Shown: piece after piece, positions 61,967 to 64,000 of the stretch
Layout: every line of letters starts with the position of its first letter
Position numbering within the stretch: position 1 is the first letter of the stretch
Assembly: GCA_964402035.1 (NCBI GenBank)
Contig: CAYOAM010000002.1
Span: 106,111-170,110 of the forward strand
Reading direction: 5' to 3'
Length of the DNA: 64,000 bases
Source: an uncultured Candidatus Saccharibacteria bacterium
Lineage (GTDB): Bacteria; Patescibacteriota; Minisyncoccia; Phycocordibacterales; UBA918
Notes under the pieces: generated by a model
The model's input: only the letters and a program-made list of their open reading frames with translations
What the model was told of the DNA's origin: nothing
The model's database searches: none
Program-made: the position numbers and the translations under genes

Positions 61967-63088
61967 TTACCTTTTTTCTCTGGCTACTTTTTCAAGTATT
62001 CGCCGCCCTCTGACTATCCACGTATACTCATGGACGTGGTTAAAGGCATAGGCTGCACGCACTGCAGCCTCAGTCACATCTTCAAGTACGGTACTAATAA
62101 CAGAGCTTAGAGACTGAACGTTGCCAGCCTCAAAGAAAAAAACGTCCTTATCGCTCACGATGGCTCGCAAGCTTGGAATATCAGAAACGATAGTTGGCTT
62201 TCGCGATGCCATATGTGCAAACAGCTTTATCGGTGATGTGTACACGGTCGATTCCGCATTTGATGGAATATTTGGAACGACGAGCGCATCAGCCGCTTGC
62301 TGATTTTTGGCGAGTTCTCGATACGGTCTTGTACCAAGGAATCGTACGGTTGGATATTTTTTTTGTAGCACTGCGACCTGCTCTACGTTTCCACCAATGA
62401 TCACGACGCAAACATCGTGTGCTAACAGTGGAGCAGCTGCGCATAACGTGTCGACCCCCTTCCAGTACTCAAGAGCACCAACATACATCACGATGCGTGC
62501 ATTGAGTGGCAGACCGAGTTCGCTCCGCACATTACGCGCATCGTATTCTTTTTCAAATTCAGAAAGAGCAATACCATTGTGAGAGACCATCGTCTGCATG
62601 AGACCGTGCGCATGACACGCTCGCTCGGTCCCTTCTGAATTACATGGGATACAATCTACACGTCTTAAAAAATACGCAAAGAGTGAACCAAATGACTCAG
62701 GCCAATCGTGCACCTCGCAGACCACCGTATATCCACGCATCTTGTATAGCCAAGCTATTTCAGCACTACGTGTAAAGATAAGTGCAGCATGCGGGGGTGT
62801 ATGAAATAACAGTCGCACTAAAAATAATGCTGAATGAACGTACTGTACTATGCGACCAAAACGTCCAAAATGGGAGACGAGATCTGGTGACCATAGATAT
62901 CGAACATTAAAGCACGTACGTAAACCGTAGTAGGAAAAAATATCTTCTGAAATCGGATTTTGTCGCCTTGGAATCGTCAGTATTACCGTATGACCCAATT
63001 CCGCAAACGCTTCACACATGTGAGCAATCTGAAGACCATGCGCTTTCTCGGTCGGCATGCGAGCCTGCACAATATATTCAATCTGCAT
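61967..63088 (-). CDS. Family 4 (GT-B) glycosyltransferase.
   Basis: The N-terminal Glyco_transf_4-like region (PTEKAHGLQIAHMCEAFAELGH) and the C-terminal GT1/GT4 EX7E-region are present. Confidence 0.75.
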   Translation of the reverse strand: MQIEYIVQARMPTEKAHGLQIAHMCEAFAELGHTVILTIPRRQNPISEDIFSYYGLRTCFNVRYLWSPDLVSHFGRFGRIVQYVHSALFLVRLLFHTPPHAALIFTRSAEIAWLYKMRGYTVVCEVHDWPESFGSLFAYFLRRVDCIPCNSEGTERACHAHGLMQTMVSHNGIALSEFEKEYDARNVRSELGLPLNARIVMYVGALEYWKGVDTLCAAAPLLAHDVCVVIIGGNVEQVAVLQKKYPTVRFLGTRPYRELAKNQQAADALVVPNIPSNAESTVYTSPIKLFAHMASRKPTIVSDIPSLRAIVSDKDVFFFEAGNVQSLSSVISTVLEDVTEAAVRAAYAFNHVHEYTWIVRGRRILEKVAREKR

Positions 63089-63094
63089 AGGTAT

Positions 63095-63709
63095 TCATTT
63101 TTGCGCGTAAATATAATACCCGCTCACTTGCTTACTCTTTTCTTTTCCCGTGAGTCGATCCAAGAATCGTGCCCCGTATTTCATGAGTGCAATACGACCC
63201 AACGGACTAAGGTGCACCCACGTTTCAAAAGCGCCACGTACTTTTGCTATTTCTACGTGTACAAAATCCTTAAACAAAAGATCGAGAGCATCATGCGTAA
63301 AGCGCCAATAGTCTTTGTAGTACCCGGTTTCAGCGTGGTAGTAAAAAAGAAACGGCACATAGAATAGAGTAGATCCACCTTTCCTTAATACACGATAGAC
63401 CTCTCCCACTGCTTGTATAGGGTTTTCAACATGCTCCAAAACAGCAAGACACATAATAGCTTCCTCACTCTGATCAGCAAATGGTAAGTGATGGATGTCA
63501 CCCACAATATCGGGATGAAAATCAGGTACCGGATCGACGATAAGATATTGATGTTTCGTTATAAGCGGCAGAATCCATGCACGCCGTGGATCAAAGCGGT
63601 TACTCTTTTCTTTTGAAATCCGAAGCCCGCCACCAATATCAACTATGCGCACATGACAAGAAAGCATCAAAGAAACCTTCTCTCTAAAAAACGAATCCCA
63701 CGTAGTCAT
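63095..63709 (-). CDS. Class I SAM-dependent methyltransferase.
   Basis: Motif I VRIVDIGGG and the Methyltransf_11-like post-II region are present. Confidence 0.65.
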   Translation of the reverse strand: MTTWDSFFREKVSLMLSCHVRIVDIGGGLRISKEKSNRFDPRRAWILPLITKHQYLIVDPVPDFHPDIVGDIHHLPFADQSEEAIMCLAVLEHVENPIQAVGEVYRVLRKGGSTLFYVPFLFYYHAETGYYKDYWRFTHDALDLLFKDFVHVEIAKVRGAFETWVHLSPLGRIALMKYGARFLDRLTGKEKSKQVSGYYIYAQK

Positions 63710-63727
63710 ATGCAGTAGCCTACCATA

Positions 63728-64000
63728 TTAGAAAATAATATTATTCTTCTTTGCCCAAACCTGAAACATCATGAGTCCCCACAGCGTCTTGCTGTGGTAC
63801 CCACCACGATTCAGGTGTCCTGCGATCAACTCGTTTGAAACATACTCCCAATTGAACACCCGCTCGGTACGCGGATTATATTCCTTACTCAAGATCTCAC
63901 GCATTTTTTTAATAATACGCTCTTCTCGCAACCACTTTGCTCCCGGTGTAAACCAACCACGTTTTGGTTGGTTGAAAAGGTGACGCGGCAATATTTCTTT
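63728..64000 (-). CDS. Asparagine synthase (glutamine-hydrolysing)-family protein. Only the C-terminal fragment is in the window; the N-terminus lies beyond the right edge.
   Basis: The C-terminal region ...LFNQPKRGWFTPGAKWLRE... matches the AsnB C-terminal pattern (KMGF..P...WLR). Confidence 0.5.
   Translation of the reverse strand, partial: KEILPRHLFNQPKRGWFTPGAKWLREERIIKKMREILSKEYNPRTERVFNWEYVSNELIAGHLNRGGYHSKTLWGLMMFQVWAKKNNIIF

Noticed and set aside
1-64000. tRNA, rRNA or other structured RNA genes in intergenic spacers (510-592, 1628-1751, 20136-20244, 26354-26512, 30598-30680, 37027-37116, 53345-53481).
   Set aside because: I inspected each spacer by eye for cloverleaf-compatible stems and conserved tRNA T-loop and D-loop motifs, and found none. 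The spacers are short and AT-rich and are better explained as promoters and terminators. I could not run a covariance-model scan.

Overview
The window is a gene-dense bacterial chromosomal segment of about 45% GC. From 593 to 57036 almost every gene is on the minus strand. Several features point to a small-genome Gram-positive-like lineage, possibly Patescibacteria/CPR: an orphan gatB, genes that overlap by a few bases, a giant surface protein and weak Shine-Dalgarno sequences. I cannot establish taxonomy from one window.

Content in order along the window:
- Left edge: a truncated IS200/IS605-family (Y1/RAYT-like) transposase flanked by two exactly inverted 21-nt palindromes.
- gap (GAPDH).
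- A surface-protein module on the minus strand: a 3x LamG-jellyroll secreted protein; a 3204-aa giant protein with tail-fibre-like repeats, an LVIVD beta-propeller, a parallel beta-helix, four copies of a roughly 150-nt internal module and a C-terminal peptidase-S74 intramolecular-chaperone domain; an Fn3 membrane protein; and a three-gene WxL-like / DUF916-like cluster.
- Two tandem paralogous membrane-anchored excisionase-type HTH proteins.
- Housekeeping genes: gatB, obg, a DedA/VTT protein, a PF04020 holin-like protein, secA, a 29-codon Lys/Ala-rich micro-ORF with its own terminator, murB, a CofE-like ligase and an O-antigen-ligase/TPR fusion.
- A glycan-biosynthesis island of about 17 kb (30.6-47.1 kb): RfaE-II-like, NeuA-like and NeuB-like enzymes, a 2-hydroxyacid dehydrogenase, a CBS-domain fusion to a nucleotide-sugar dehydrogenase, four SAM methyltransferases including one TylF-type, a PhyH-like dioxygenase, two paralogous GT-B-like proteins, a flippase, a GT2 and a DegT aminotransferase.
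- Two compositionally GC-richer islets, each closed by a pair of near-identical terminator hairpins.
- A second sugar/cyclitol-like cluster: a FemAB-like::DegT fusion, two Gfo/Idh/MocA enzymes, an NTP-transferase, an APH-like kinase, an unusual nucleotidyltransferase::AroB-like (DHQS) fusion, then an IMPase-family gene, an SDR, a CDP-alcohol phosphatidyltransferase, a GT4, a methyltransferase and a truncated AsnB-like gene at the right edge.

I found no rRNA, tRNA or CRISPR array. Most plus-strand ORFs in the supplied track are antisense shadows of minus-strand genes.
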